Shown here in pieces: positions 42,436-53,140 of a stretch of 64,000 bases of DNA. How positions within the stretch are numbered: position 1 is the first letter of the stretch; every line of letters starts with the position of its first letter. The stretch covers positions 7,377 through 71,376 of the forward strand of contig CANEHB010000006.1 in NCBI GenBank assembly GCA_947427205.1. Reading direction: 5' to 3'. The notes below the pieces were generated by a model. It was given only the letters and a program-made list of their open reading frames with translations, searched no databases and was not told the DNA's origin. The position numbers were made by a program, and so were the translations under genes. This stretch comes from an uncultured Clostridium sp. Lineage in GTDB: Bacteria > Bacillota > Clostridia > TANB77 > CAG-508.

Positions 42436-43776
42436 TTATTGTTCTTCAAAAAATCTTCTTTCCAAATTTGCAAATTTAGTATAGCTTGGAAGCCATGCTA
42501 AATCAACTGTACCTGTTGAACCACCTCTGTGCTTAGCCAAAATAACTTCAGCTACATTTTTCTTCTCACTATCTTCATTATAGTAATCATCTCTATATAA
42601 GAATATTACTATATCAGCATCTTGCTCTATTGCTCCTGACTCTCTTAAGTCTGATAACATAGGTCTTTTGTCATCACGTTTTTCAACACTACGCGAAAGC
42701 TGAGATAATGCAATTACTGGTATATCCAGTTCTTTAGCTAATATTTTTAATGATCTACTAATTTCAGAAATTTCTTGCTCACGGCTTGAATTTTTTGTTC
42801 CGCTACCTTGAATTAACTGTAAGTAATCTATTACCACTAACCCAATATCTCTTTCTAGTTTTAGTTTTCTACACTTAGCACGAATTTCCATTATTGAGAT
42901 ACCTGCAGTATCATCTATATAGATTGGTGCATCTGATAATCTTCCTAAAGTTGATGCAAGTTTTACCCAATCATCATCTTCTATTTGACCTGTTCTAATT
43001 TTATTACTATCTACCATAGCTTCACTACATAAAATTCTGTTTCCTACTTGGTCTTTTGACATCTCTAGGTTAAAAATTGCAACAGATTTTGAACTTTGAA
43101 TAGCAACATTTGTGGCTATATTAATTGCAAATGCTGATTTTCCCATTGCTGGTCTTGCTGCAACAATTATTAAATCAGAATTATGAAGTCCAGAAGTTTT
43201 CAAATCTAAATCTGAAAATCCTGTTGATATTCCACTTAATCTTCCTTTTTGATTATATAGTTCTTCTAGTTTAGCAAAAGATTCTACTAAAACATCTTTT
43301 AAATGTGTATATCCTTTTGCATTTTTCTTTTGAGATAAATCAAATATTTTCTTTTCAGCCATATCCATTATTTGATCTACTTCTTCTGTTTCATTAAATC
43401 CTAATGCTACTAATTCATTAGCAGAATTTATTAAATTTCTAAGCATAGCTTTTTCATCAACTATTTTTATATATTTATCAACATTTGCAGTAGTTGGTAC
43501 TCTTTCTGGAAGACTTGCTAAATATTCTAGTCCTCCAACTCTTTCAAATCTTCCACTTTCAACAAGCTCTGCTTTTACTGTTATTATATCTATTGGTTCA
43601 CTTTTAGCATACAAACTAAGAATAGCAGCATAAATTGCTCTATTATCTTCTCTATAAAAAGCATCTTCCTTTAATACTTCTATTGCACTTATAACAGAAT
43701 CTTTATCTGTTAACATACATCCTAATATTGCTTGTTCTGCTTCTATATCATGTGGTGGTATTTTTCCTAAATCCAT
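42436..43776 (-). CDS. dnaB: Replicative DNA helicase
   Basis: PPHDIEAEQ, AARPAMGKS, DYLQL and SDLRESGAIEQDAD motifs. Confidence 0.97.
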   Translation of the reverse strand: MDLGKIPPHDIEAEQAILGCMLTDKDSVISAIEVLKEDAFYREDNRAIYAAILSLYAKSEPIDIITVKAELVESGRFERVGGLEYLASLPERVPTTANVDKYIKIVDEKAMLRNLINSANELVALGFNETEEVDQIMDMAEKKIFDLSQKKNAKGYTHLKDVLVESFAKLEELYNQKGRLSGISTGFSDLDLKTSGLHNSDLIIVAARPAMGKSAFAINIATNVAIQSSKSVAIFNLEMSKDQVGNRILCSEAMVDSNKIRTGQIEDDDWVKLASTLGRLSDAPIYIDDTAGISIMEIRAKCRKLKLERDIGLVVIDYLQLIQGSGTKNSSREQEISEISRSLKILAKELDIPVIALSQLSRSVEKRDDKRPMLSDLRESGAIEQDADIVIFLYRDDYYNEDSEKKNVAEVILAKHRGGSTGTVDLAWLPSYTKFANLERRFFEEQ

Positions 43777-43805
43777 ATTTACATCCCTCTTATTTTATAT
43801 AGATT

Positions 43806-44255
43806 TTATTGTTTTGGTTCTATCATTACTGTAACTTGCGCCATAACCCCTTCATTTAATTTTATATCTACTTTTGTGGCTCCTGCTACTTTTATTGATT
43901 CTGATAATAATACTTTTTTCTTATCTACATTTATTCCGAAATCATTTTTTAGGGCTTCAGCTATTTCTTTTGCAGTTACAGCTCCAAATAATCTACCATT
44001 ATCTCCTGCTTTTACAGAAATTCTTACTGTAATACTTTTCATTCTCTCAGCTATCTCTTTTGCTTCTTTTAAATCTTCACCTTTTCTAAAAGCTACTGAT
44101 TCATTTTTTGATTTTAAATTATTCATGTTTCCATCATCAGCTGGAACTGCTAAATTCTTAGGAAATAAATAATTTCTTGCATATCCATCTGCAGCATTTA
44201 TTACTTGATCTTTTTTTCCTACACCTTTTATATCTTGTTTTAAAATAACTTTCAT
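43806..44255 (-). CDS. rplI: 50S ribosomal protein L9
   Basis: MKVILKQDIKGVGKK...GYARNYLFPK. Confidence 0.97.
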   Translation of the reverse strand: MKVILKQDIKGVGKKDQVINAADGYARNYLFPKNLAVPADDGNMNNLKSKNESVAFRKGEDLKEAKEIAERMKSITVRISVKAGDNGRLFGAVTAKEIAEALKNDFGINVDKKKVLLSESIKVAGATKVDIKLNEGVMAQVTVMIEPKQ

Positions 44256-44590
44256 ATTATTCTCCCTTCTTACTTAATATTATAGCTTTATGTATTTTAT
44301 AACATTTTTGCCTAAATTACAAGCAAAATTAATTATTAGCAATTATTATATCTATAATAAACACCACCCCACTTTCTTAGAAAGTTTTTCTATATGTAGG
44401 TGGCAAACCACATTTGCTTATTCCAATCTCTTTTAAAAGTGTATATTAATATTATTTTACTGTCAACAAGAGATATTTTTATATATTGAATTTAATATAT
44501 TATAGAATAATTTAATTGCTTTACTAAAATAAAAAGATACATGTCTTTTAGATTACTTTCTAGTAGTCTAAACATATATCTTTTTTTATT

Positions 44591-46603
44591 TTACTCATTT
44601 TCTAATAAATATTCATTTATTCTAATTATTAGCTCATCTTTTGCCTCTTCTATTGTAAATCCTTCTAATTGAGCCCCTGCTAGAGTAATATGACCTCCAC
44701 CACCTAATTTTTCAAGTATTACTTGTACATTTATATCTCCTATAGAACGTCCACTTATAAATACTTTATCACCAATCTTAGTCATTACAAAAGATGCTGT
44801 TATATCACTTATTGTTAAAAGCTCATCTGCTGCTTTAGCACAAATTAAATTTCCATTTTCATCTTCATTTTCATATATTGAAATTGCTATTGTATTATCT
44901 ATAATCTCAACATTTTTTACTATATCTGCTATTATATTGTAGCTTTCTAAATCTGCTTGGAACCATTTTTTTACTTTTATTATATCAACACCATATTTTC
45001 TTAAATATGCTGCTGCCTCAAAAGTTCTTACACCTGTTTTAAATGTAAAATCTTTTGTGTCTACCATTATTCCACCATATAAACTTTCTGCTTCTATAAG
45101 AGTTAATGTAACATCATCTTGTGCATATTGAATTATCTCTGTTACAAGCTCTGCCGCTGAAGATGCATAAACTTCATGGAATGCTATTAATGCATTTTCT
45201 ATGCAGTCTGGTGCTTTTCTATGATGATCTATAACTATCTTTCTTTCAATTTTCTCTAGCAAATCCGGAAATTCTACATATGATGTCTTATGAGTATCTA
45301 CAATAATAAGTAAAGTATTTGGATTTATTAATTCTAATGCTTCAGATTCAGTAATTATTGCTCCTTTATATTCGTCCATACCTTCAAGTACTTCCAAAAA
45401 TTTACCTAAAGACTTACCTTTTGGTTCTGAAGCAATATAACAATTTTTTCCTAAAGTTTTAGATAACCTATACATTCCCAATGCAGAACCAAATGCATCA
45501 ATATCAATATTTTTATGTCCCATTATAAATATATTTTCTGATTCACTAATAAGTCCTGATATTGATTGAGCTACTGCTCTGGCCTTCACCTTTGTTCTTT
45601 TTTCAACTTCAAGTGTTTTTCCACCATAGAATTTATATTTTCCATTTTTTCTAACAATAACTTGATCTCCACCACGTCCTAATACGATATCCATAGCATT
45701 TAATGCTGATTTATATTTTTCATAATTACTTTTACCATCATTTGATATTGCTATACTTAAAGTAATTTGAAATTTACCATCATCAAATTCAATTGTTTTT
45801 ATTTTATCTAATATATTAAATTTTTCTTTTTCAAATTCAGCTAAATATTGTTGATCAAAAACACAAATAAAATTATCTCTTTCTGTTTTTATTATTAATC
45901 CGCCTGCTCTTGTTATCCACTCAATTATTTCTTTTTCAATTTTTGCTAATAATTCAATTTTCTTTTCTGGTAATATTCTTTGTATTATGTCTTCATAATT
46001 ATCTATCATTGCAATTCCTATGCAAGGTTTAGAATTATTATATTTATCAAACAATTCATTATATTTTGTTTCATCTATAAAATATAATGATAATATATAT
46101 TCTTTTTGCTTTCTTTTATCTCTTTTTTTAGATTTTACAATACTACCACGAATTTTATATACTTTTTTATCAATGTTAAACTGTTTTGTTATTTCTATAG
46201 TTTCATCATTTTTTTCTATATCAAGTTTTATCTCTTTTATAATAGGTGTTAAATAGGTTGCTATATCTATATTTTGAAATTCATCAACAAATTTTTTACT
46301 TCTCCATACTATACTTCCATCTGTTTCTATTAAAACTAATGGTATAGGAGTATTTATAAGATTTCCTCTTGATGCTGTAGTAACATCTGATGTAATATCT
46401 TGTATATGATTTTCTATTTCTGTCATCTTCTTTCCACTACTCCACATAGTATATAGAACAGTCATAATAAAGATTACTATTGATGGTATTATCCATCTTA
46501 AATCATATACACATAGAGATATACATAAAAATCCTATTATCATTATATATATCATGTTTTTAACTGTAATATTTTTTAATATTTTTCCATTTGTGTTAGG
46601 CAT
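44591..46603 (-). CDS. gdpP: Cyclic-di-AMP phosphodiesterase GdpP (DHH/DHHA1)
   Basis: Two TMs, degenerate GGDEF (RGGDQ), DHH and GGGH motifs; gdpP-rplI-dnaB synteny. Confidence 0.92.
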   Translation of the reverse strand: MPNTNGKILKNITVKNMIYIMIIGFLCISLCVYDLRWIIPSIVIFIMTVLYTMWSSGKKMTEIENHIQDITSDVTTASRGNLINTPIPLVLIETDGSIVWRSKKFVDEFQNIDIATYLTPIIKEIKLDIEKNDETIEITKQFNIDKKVYKIRGSIVKSKKRDKRKQKEYILSLYFIDETKYNELFDKYNNSKPCIGIAMIDNYEDIIQRILPEKKIELLAKIEKEIIEWITRAGGLIIKTERDNFICVFDQQYLAEFEKEKFNILDKIKTIEFDDGKFQITLSIAISNDGKSNYEKYKSALNAMDIVLGRGGDQVIVRKNGKYKFYGGKTLEVEKRTKVKARAVAQSISGLISESENIFIMGHKNIDIDAFGSALGMYRLSKTLGKNCYIASEPKGKSLGKFLEVLEGMDEYKGAIITESEALELINPNTLLIIVDTHKTSYVEFPDLLEKIERKIVIDHHRKAPDCIENALIAFHEVYASSAAELVTEIIQYAQDDVTLTLIEAESLYGGIMVDTKDFTFKTGVRTFEAAAYLRKYGVDIIKVKKWFQADLESYNIIADIVKNVEIIDNTIAISIYENEDENGNLICAKAADELLTISDITASFVMTKIGDKVFISGRSIGDINVQVILEKLGGGGHITLAGAQLEGFTIEEAKDELIIRINEYLLENE

Positions 46604-46714
46604 AAATTCTCCTTATTCACATAAAATAACACGTTTATTATACTATTTTAAATCGTTTTTGTCAAATTAACTAAATAAAACAAAAAGAACCATATAAAAT
46701 GGTTCTCTATTGTT

Positions 46715-47365
46715 CTATTTTTTAATTGTTAAATTAACTGATTTTTCTGTTTCTGTATATGAATCATATACTGTTATTGTTACTTTTCCAGGTGCAACAC
46801 CAGTTACAATTCCATTTGAATTTACTGTTGCAATTTCTTCATCACTAGATGTATATGTTAAAGTATCTGTACTTGCACTTGCAGGTGTAATTTGTAACTT
46901 CATTTGTAAATCTTTTCCAACTCTTACTACACTATTTGTAGTTGTAAATTTCATTGTTTTAATTGGAGTTATTACTTTTACATCTGCTTTTCCCTCTAAA
47001 CCATCATACTTTGCTGTTATAGTTGCTTTACCATCTGAAACAGCAACTAATTCATTGTCTTTATTTAACTTAACAATATCTGTATCTGATGATTCAAACT
47101 CTACGCCATTTGTAACTTCTTCACCATCTTTATAAGCTGTTACCTTAGATGTTTCCTTTTTATTTGCAGAAGATAAATACTCCTTCTCAATTTCAATTGT
47201 TAGTTTTGGAAGTATTGCTTCTGATGCTTTTTTGTCATCTACAGCTTCTATCGATACTAATGCTATATTTCCTATATGTCCTTTATTTAAAACTAATACT
47301 AACGCTATAATTGCAAGTATTATAAAAACTATTATTGATATCACTAAAGCTCTTCTACTCTTCAT
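46715..47365 (-). CDS. Membrane-anchored protein with bacterial Ig-like (group 2) domains
   Basis: FESSDTDIV and YTSSDEEIATVNSNGIVTGVAPGKVTITV repeats. Confidence 0.8.
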   Translation of the reverse strand: MKSRRALVISIIVFIILAIIALVLVLNKGHIGNIALVSIEAVDDKKASEAILPKLTIEIEKEYLSSANKKETSKVTAYKDGEEVTNGVEFESSDTDIVKLNKDNELVAVSDGKATITAKYDGLEGKADVKVITPIKTMKFTTTNSVVRVGKDLQMKLQITPASASTDTLTYTSSDEEIATVNSNGIVTGVAPGKVTITVYDSYTETEKSVNLTIKK

Positions 47366-47505
47366 TTGAATTCTCCTTTTACTACTCTTTTTTAATGCTA
47401 TTATTATATACTATCTTATATTTTAAATCAATAGCTGATAAATACTTTTAAAAACACTTTCAAAAATCATATAGTTCTTTATTAATTAGTAAAAACTTCA
47501 TTTCA

Positions 47506-49170
47506 CTAATTAATAACAATTACTGGAACTTCCATTTCTTCAGCAGATAGCCCACAATGTGTTGATTTTTTTACTGGTTTTCCATCTGCTAAAAGAGTTT
47601 CTATTTTAATAATACTACTAGATATTGAAAGTGCTACATAATTTCCTAAAAATTCATCTATTTTTGGATGTTTAGTACCAAATCCCAAAAAGTTTTTATC
47701 TAAAAATTCTTTTCTACTCATTAATAAAAATTCATCTTTAAATATGTTATTAAATCTTTCTTCAAATGTCTTTTCCATTCCCTCTTTTACGCAGAAACTA
47801 ACAAATCTTGATTCTAATGAAATTGGCATAAATAAACATTCATGTATCTCTGGATAATCAAACAATGAATATGCTTTTTCAATATCTTTATGTCCATGAT
47901 CTGCTGAAATAATTACTATGGTGTCATCTGATAAGTTTTTACACATTTTCTCTATTTTTGCTTCTGTATTTTTTACAAAATCTCGTACTTCTTCTGATTT
48001 TGTTCCAAATTTATGTAATAATCCGTCTGGATTTTCTGAATACGCAAAAATAAATTTTTCGCCTGAAAGCTCGCATAAATTTTCTATATGTTCTATCATT
48101 TCATCAGTATTATCAGCAATTAATGTTCTTTTGAATCTTCTACTTGGATAAAGTGGTGTTATTTCATAAGCTTTTACAGCTTTAGATGCCTCTTCTATTT
48201 GCTCAAAAACTGATTTGTAATTTACTATTGTATCAAAAACATTTATTTTAGCACTAGAAATATCTTCTCTTAAATAAGATTCTTGATGTGATAACATATC
48301 TATTGCTCTTCCATATTCTTTAAAATATTGTGACCAAGCAATCCATCCAGTTTCATATGGTGACTTTCCAGAATAATATGTTGTAAGTGCTGCTGTAGTA
48401 GTTGATGGATAAACTGATGTTACACAATCAATTTTATTTTTAGAAAAATAAGAATCTGGAGATATGTCTTCTAAAATAAGCTCTCCTAGCCCATCTAAAA
48501 CTATAAATACAACATTTTTATATCTTTTTTCTAATTTCTTATCCAAACTTTCTAGAGAATTATGATTTGTTTTTACATTATAATACTTTAAAATTGATGT
48601 TATTGTATTTAATATTGAGTGATTATAATCTGGATATATAATCTCATTTATTCTTCTAAAATTAGACCATTTCTCTACTCCTGCTTTTACTTCTTCTGCT
48701 ACTTCATCTATATCCATTTTAGAAATATCTTTAATAACATTATCTATCAGTTTAGTGCTTAATACTTTCAATTCACCTTCTTTATAATATATCATATCTT
48801 TTATTTTTTCTGGTAATACTAAGTTATACTTCTCTATTAATGGTTTATTCAAAACATCATAATCATTATACATATCATAGTTATTATAAATATCTTTTGA
48901 ATTCCATGATAAATAATGATTATAAAATAAATAATCTGTTAATAAATGTAAAAAATATCCCCTATTAAAACTATTATCTATATTCTTATCTTGCAAAAAT
49001 TCATATAAATTTGCATCATTACTAATCTCTCCATAATGTGTTTCCGATTTATCCTTTACACTGTCTGGATATATAACTCCTTCTATAAATTCATTATAAT
49101 CTTCTTTATTATCTTTATGATTTCGTAAGTATTCTTCTGCAACTGCTAAATGTATAACATATCCTGCCAT
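47506..49170 (-). CDS. Fusion: zinc-dependent phospholipase C-like N-terminal domain plus alkaline phosphatase/phosphodiesterase superfamily domain
   Basis: HLAVA...PD...HY...GYFLHLLTD, then LDGLG, SVYPSTT, ISADHG and HCGLS motifs. Confidence 0.75.
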   Translation of the reverse strand: MAGYVIHLAVAEEYLRNHKDNKEDYNEFIEGVIYPDSVKDKSETHYGEISNDANLYEFLQDKNIDNSFNRGYFLHLLTDYLFYNHYLSWNSKDIYNNYDMYNDYDVLNKPLIEKYNLVLPEKIKDMIYYKEGELKVLSTKLIDNVIKDISKMDIDEVAEEVKAGVEKWSNFRRINEIIYPDYNHSILNTITSILKYYNVKTNHNSLESLDKKLEKRYKNVVFIVLDGLGELILEDISPDSYFSKNKIDCVTSVYPSTTTAALTTYYSGKSPYETGWIAWSQYFKEYGRAIDMLSHQESYLREDISSAKINVFDTIVNYKSVFEQIEEASKAVKAYEITPLYPSRRFKRTLIADNTDEMIEHIENLCELSGEKFIFAYSENPDGLLHKFGTKSEEVRDFVKNTEAKIEKMCKNLSDDTIVIISADHGHKDIEKAYSLFDYPEIHECLFMPISLESRFVSFCVKEGMEKTFEERFNNIFKDEFLLMSRKEFLDKNFLGFGTKHPKIDEFLGNYVALSISSSIIKIETLLADGKPVKKSTHCGLSAEEMEVPVIVIN

Positions 49171-49255
49171 ATATTTTTCCTTTCAAATTATTCTTCACTC
49201 TTGTTCATATCTATAATTTTATGTTCTATCATATAAGTTTATAATATAATTTCAA

Positions 49256-49285
49256 AAGGTCTTATACAAAATAAAGTATAAGACC
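49256..49285 (-). terminator. Terminator after rpoC
   Basis: AGGTCTTATAC...GTATAAGACCT. Confidence 0.75.
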
Positions 49286-49292
49286 TAATGTT

Positions 49293-52200
49293 TTATTTAT
49301 TTTCTTCTTGTTTTACTTCTTCTGAAGCTTCTGGTATAACCATATCTTCTACAGTTTGCTCTACTTCAGTATTTATTTTTATATCTTGATAACGTCTTAA
49401 ACCTGTTCCTGTTGGAATTAATTTACCAATTATAACATTTTCTTTTAATCCCATTAAGTTATCAACTTTACCTTTGATAGCTGCTTCTGTTAATACTTTG
49501 GTTGTCTCTTGGAATGAAGCTGCTGATAAGAAGCTTTCTGTTGCAAGAGAAGCTTTTGTTATTCCAAGTAATACTCTCTTATATGTTGCTGGTTTCTTTC
49601 CTTCAGCTATTAATTCTTCATTTCTAAATTCAACTTCAAGTAAGTCAACAAGTGATGCTGTATAGAATTCAGAATCTCCTGGATCCTCAATTCTAACCTT
49701 TTTAAGCATTTGTCTTGCTATAACTTCAATATGTTTATCATTGATATCAACACCTTGATTTCTATAAACTTTTTGAACTTCAGAAATAATATATGTGTAA
49801 ACACCTTCAACACCTTTAACTGCAAGTAAATCTCCTGGATTTATAGAACCTTCTGTAATAGGATCTCCTGCTTTAATTTCATCTCCATCTTTAACTTTTA
49901 ATTTTGAACCAAAGCTAATTGTATATGTTTTACTATTATCTTTGCTTGTAACAATAACTTCTTTTCTCTTCTTCTCGTCATTAATTTTAACTGTACCATC
50001 TATTTCAGTTATTATAGCTAATCCTTTTGGATTTCTAGCTTCAAATAACTCTTCAACCCTAGGAAGACCTTGTGTGATATCTCCTCCAGCGACACCTCCT
50101 GTATGGAAAGTTCTCATTGTAAGCTGTGTACCAGGCTCACCAATTGATTGCGCTGCAATAATACCTACTGATTCTCCTTCATTTACTCTTTCACGAGTTG
50201 CTAGACCCATACCATAACATTTAGCACAAGCACCATGTCTTGCTCTACATTCTAATATAGAACGAACAGTTACTTTTGTAATTCCTGCTTTAACTATTTT
50301 ATTTGCTATAGCATCTGTTATCATAGTATTGTTATCTGCTATTACTTCTCCTGATTCAGGATTTTTAATATCTTCTACTGGATATCTACCAACTAATCTT
50401 TCTTGTAATGGTTCAATTATTTGATTTCCATCCTTAATGTCTTCTACTACAATTCCTTTTGTTGATCCACAATCTTGTTCTCTTATGATTATATCTTGTG
50501 AAACGTCAACTAATCTTCTTGTTAAGTATCCAGAGTCAGCTGTTCTTAATGCTGTATCTGTTAAACCTTTTCTAGCACCATGGGCTGAAATGAAATATTC
50601 TAGTGAATCAAGTCCCTCACGGAAACAAGATTTAACTGGAATTTCAACTGCTTTACCAGATGTATTAGCCATAAGTCCACGCATACCAGCAATTTGTCTT
50701 AACTGATTCATGTTACCACGGGCTCCAGATTGCGCCATCATGTATATTGGGTTTAATTCATTAAAATTGTTCTTCATTGCTTCTGTAACGTCATCTGTCG
50801 CTTTTTCCCAAATTTTGATGATTGCATTATATCTTTCAACATCTGTAATCATACCACGTTGATATTGTCTAAATATGTTAGAAACATCTTCATCTGCTTT
50901 TTCTAATATATCTTTTTTTGCTTCAGGAACGGCAACATCGGCAACAGAAACTGTTATAGCTCCTTTTGTTGAATATTTATAACCTGTAGCTTTAATATAA
51001 TCTAAAACTTCAGCAGTTTTTGATAATCCATGTACATTTATACAATTTGCAACTATTTTTCCTAAATTCTTTTTGATTACAGGAAAATCAATCTCTAAAT
51101 CTAATTCTCTTTCTGGATCTGTTCTATCAACAAATCCTAAATCTTGTGGTATTCCTTGATTATAAATTAATCTACCAACTGTTGTTTCTATTGTCTTATG
51201 TCTTTCTTCTCCGTTTTCATCTATTTTACTTCTTCTTACTTTAATTTTGCAATGTAATCCAACATCACCATTTTGATAAGCCATCATAGCCTCATCTTCA
51301 TCTTTAAAGTATAGTCCTTCACCTTTTTCACCATCAATTTGAACAGTTAAATAGTATGCACCTAAAATCATATCTTGTGTAGGTACTGTAACTGGTTTAC
51401 CATCTTGTGGTTTAAGTAAGTTATTAGTTGAAAGCATTAAATATCTAGCTTCACTAATTGCTTCAGGTGTTAAAGGCACGTGAACAGCCATCTGGTCACC
51501 ATCAAAGTCAGCATTGAATGCTGTACAAACTAATGGATGAAGTTTAATTGCTCTACCTTCAACAAGTATTGGTTGGAATGCTTGAATACCTAATCTGTGT
51601 AATGTAGGAGCACGGTTTAACATTACTGGATGGTCTTGAATAACCTCTTCTAATATATCCCATACTTCTGGTCTTAGTTTTTCAACCATTCTTTTTGCAT
51701 TTTTTATGTTATGTGCAATTCCTCTACCAACTAATTCTTTCATAACAAATGGTTTGAAAAGTTCAACTGCCATTTCTTTTGGAAGACCACATTGATAAAT
51801 TTTAAGTTCTGGACCAACAACAATAACTGAACGTCCAGAGTAGTCAACCCTTTTTCCTAAAAGGTTTTGACGGAATCTACCTTGTTTTCCTTTTAACATG
51901 TCTGATAATGATTTTAAAGGTCTATTTCCAGCACCTGTAACAGGTCTTCCTCTTCTACCATTATCTATTAAAGCATCTACTGATTCTTGAAGCATTCTTT
52001 TTTCATTTCTTACAATAATTTCTGGTGCTCCAAGCTCTAATAATCTTTTTAATCTGTTATTTCTATTTATAACTCTTCTATATAAATCGTTTAAGTCTGA
52101 TGTAGCAAATCTACCACCATCTAATTGAACCATAGGTCTTAATTCTGGTGGTATAACTGGAATAACACTCATTATCATCCATTCTGGTTTGTTCTCAGAA

Positions 52201-52856
52201 ACTCTAAATGATTCTACAGTATCTAATCTTTTTATTATTTTTGCTTTCTTTTGCTCACTAGCTTTTGCAAGTTCTTTCTTCAATTGTACTGATAATTTAT
52301 CAATATCTACTTCTGCTAATAATTTTTTTATAGCTTCTGCACCCATTTCAGCTTTAAAAGAACCTCTACCGTATTTTTCTTCAGCTTCAACATATTCTTT
52401 CTCTGTTAAAACTTGACATTTTAATAATCCTGATGTTCCTTTATCTGTAACTATATATGATGCAAAATAAATAACTTTTTCTAAACTTCTAGGAGATATA
52501 TCAAGTAATAATCCTATTCTGCTTGGAATTCCTTTAAAATACCAAATATGTGCAATTGGTGCAGCAAGTTCAATATGTCCCATTCTCTCTCTTCTTACTT
52601 TAGCTGTTGTTACTTCAACACCACATCTATCACAAACTATTCCTTTGTATCTTACTCTTTTATATTTTCCACAATGACATTCCCAATCTTTTGTTGGACC
52701 AAATATCTTTTCACAAAATAAACCATCTTTTTCTGGTTTTAAAGTTCTATAGTTAATTGTTTCTGGTTTTTTTACTTCACCATGAGACCATTCTCTTACT
52801 TTCTCATCTGAAGCTAATCCAATTTTTAACTTATTAAAAACTTCTAATTCTTCCAC
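49293..52856 (-). CDS. rpoC: RNA polymerase beta' subunit
   Basis: [12 protein letters not shown] and zinc-finger cysteines; GTG start. Confidence 0.99.
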   Translation of the reverse strand: MEELEVFNKLKIGLASDEKVREWSHGEVKKPETINYRTLKPEKDGLFCEKIFGPTKDWECHCGKYKRVRYKGIVCDRCGVEVTTAKVRRERMGHIELAAPIAHIWYFKGIPSRIGLLLDISPRSLEKVIYFASYIVTDKGTSGLLKCQVLTEKEYVEAEEKYGRGSFKAEMGAEAIKKLLAEVDIDKLSVQLKKELAKASEQKKAKIIKRLDTVESFRVSENKPEWMIMSVIPVIPPELRPMVQLDGGRFATSDLNDLYRRVINRNNRLKRLLELGAPEIIVRNEKRMLQESVDALIDNGRRGRPVTGAGNRPLKSLSDMLKGKQGRFRQNLLGKRVDYSGRSVIVVGPELKIYQCGLPKEMAVELFKPFVMKELVGRGIAHNIKNAKRMVEKLRPEVWDILEEVIQDHPVMLNRAPTLHRLGIQAFQPILVEGRAIKLHPLVCTAFNADFDGDQMAVHVPLTPEAISEARYLMLSTNNLLKPQDGKPVTVPTQDMILGAYYLTVQIDGEKGEGLYFKDEDEAMMAYQNGDVGLHCKIKVRRSKIDENGEERHKTIETTVGRLIYNQGIPQDLGFVDRTDPERELDLEIDFPVIKKNLGKIVANCINVHGLSKTAEVLDYIKATGYKYSTKGAITVSVADVAVPEAKKDILEKADEDVSNIFRQYQRGMITDVERYNAIIKIWEKATDDVTEAMKNNFNELNPIYMMAQSGARGNMNQLRQIAGMRGLMANTSGKAVEIPVKSCFREGLDSLEYFISAHGARKGLTDTALRTADSGYLTRRLVDVSQDIIIREQDCGSTKGIVVEDIKDGNQIIEPLQERLVGRYPVEDIKNPESGEVIADNNTMITDAIANKIVKAGITKVTVRSILECRARHGACAKCYGMGLATRERVNEGESVGIIAAQSIGEPGTQLTMRTFHTGGVAGGDITQGLPRVEELFEARNPKGLAIITEIDGTVKINDEKKRKEVIVTSKDNSKTYTISFGSKLKVKDGDEIKAGDPITEGSINPGDLLAVKGVEGVYTYIISEVQKVYRNQGVDINDKHIEVIARQMLKKVRIEDPGDSEFYTASLVDLLEVEFRNEELIAEGKKPATYKRVLLGITKASLATESFLSAASFQETTKVLTEAAIKGKVDNLMGLKENVIIGKLIPTGTGLRRYQDIKINTEVEQTVEDMVIPEASEEVKQEENK

Positions 52857-53140
52857 TTTTAAAGTAGCCCCCTTATTTTATTACTTTTATAGGTAGCAAA
52901 TAATTCTATTTACCAATCTTTAAATATATTTTAAATCATACACCGCTGAACAATTTTTACTGAGGTTTAAAATATTTTAAAGATATATATTTAATTTATT
53001 TATAAAAACATTTCTAATATATATTTTTAATTTATTTACTATCTTTAAGATTATATATTTTAATATTAACAGATTACTAAGAATTCGTAATTATTAAAAT
53101 ATACATCTTAAAGACATTTAATATTTTAAATATATATAAA

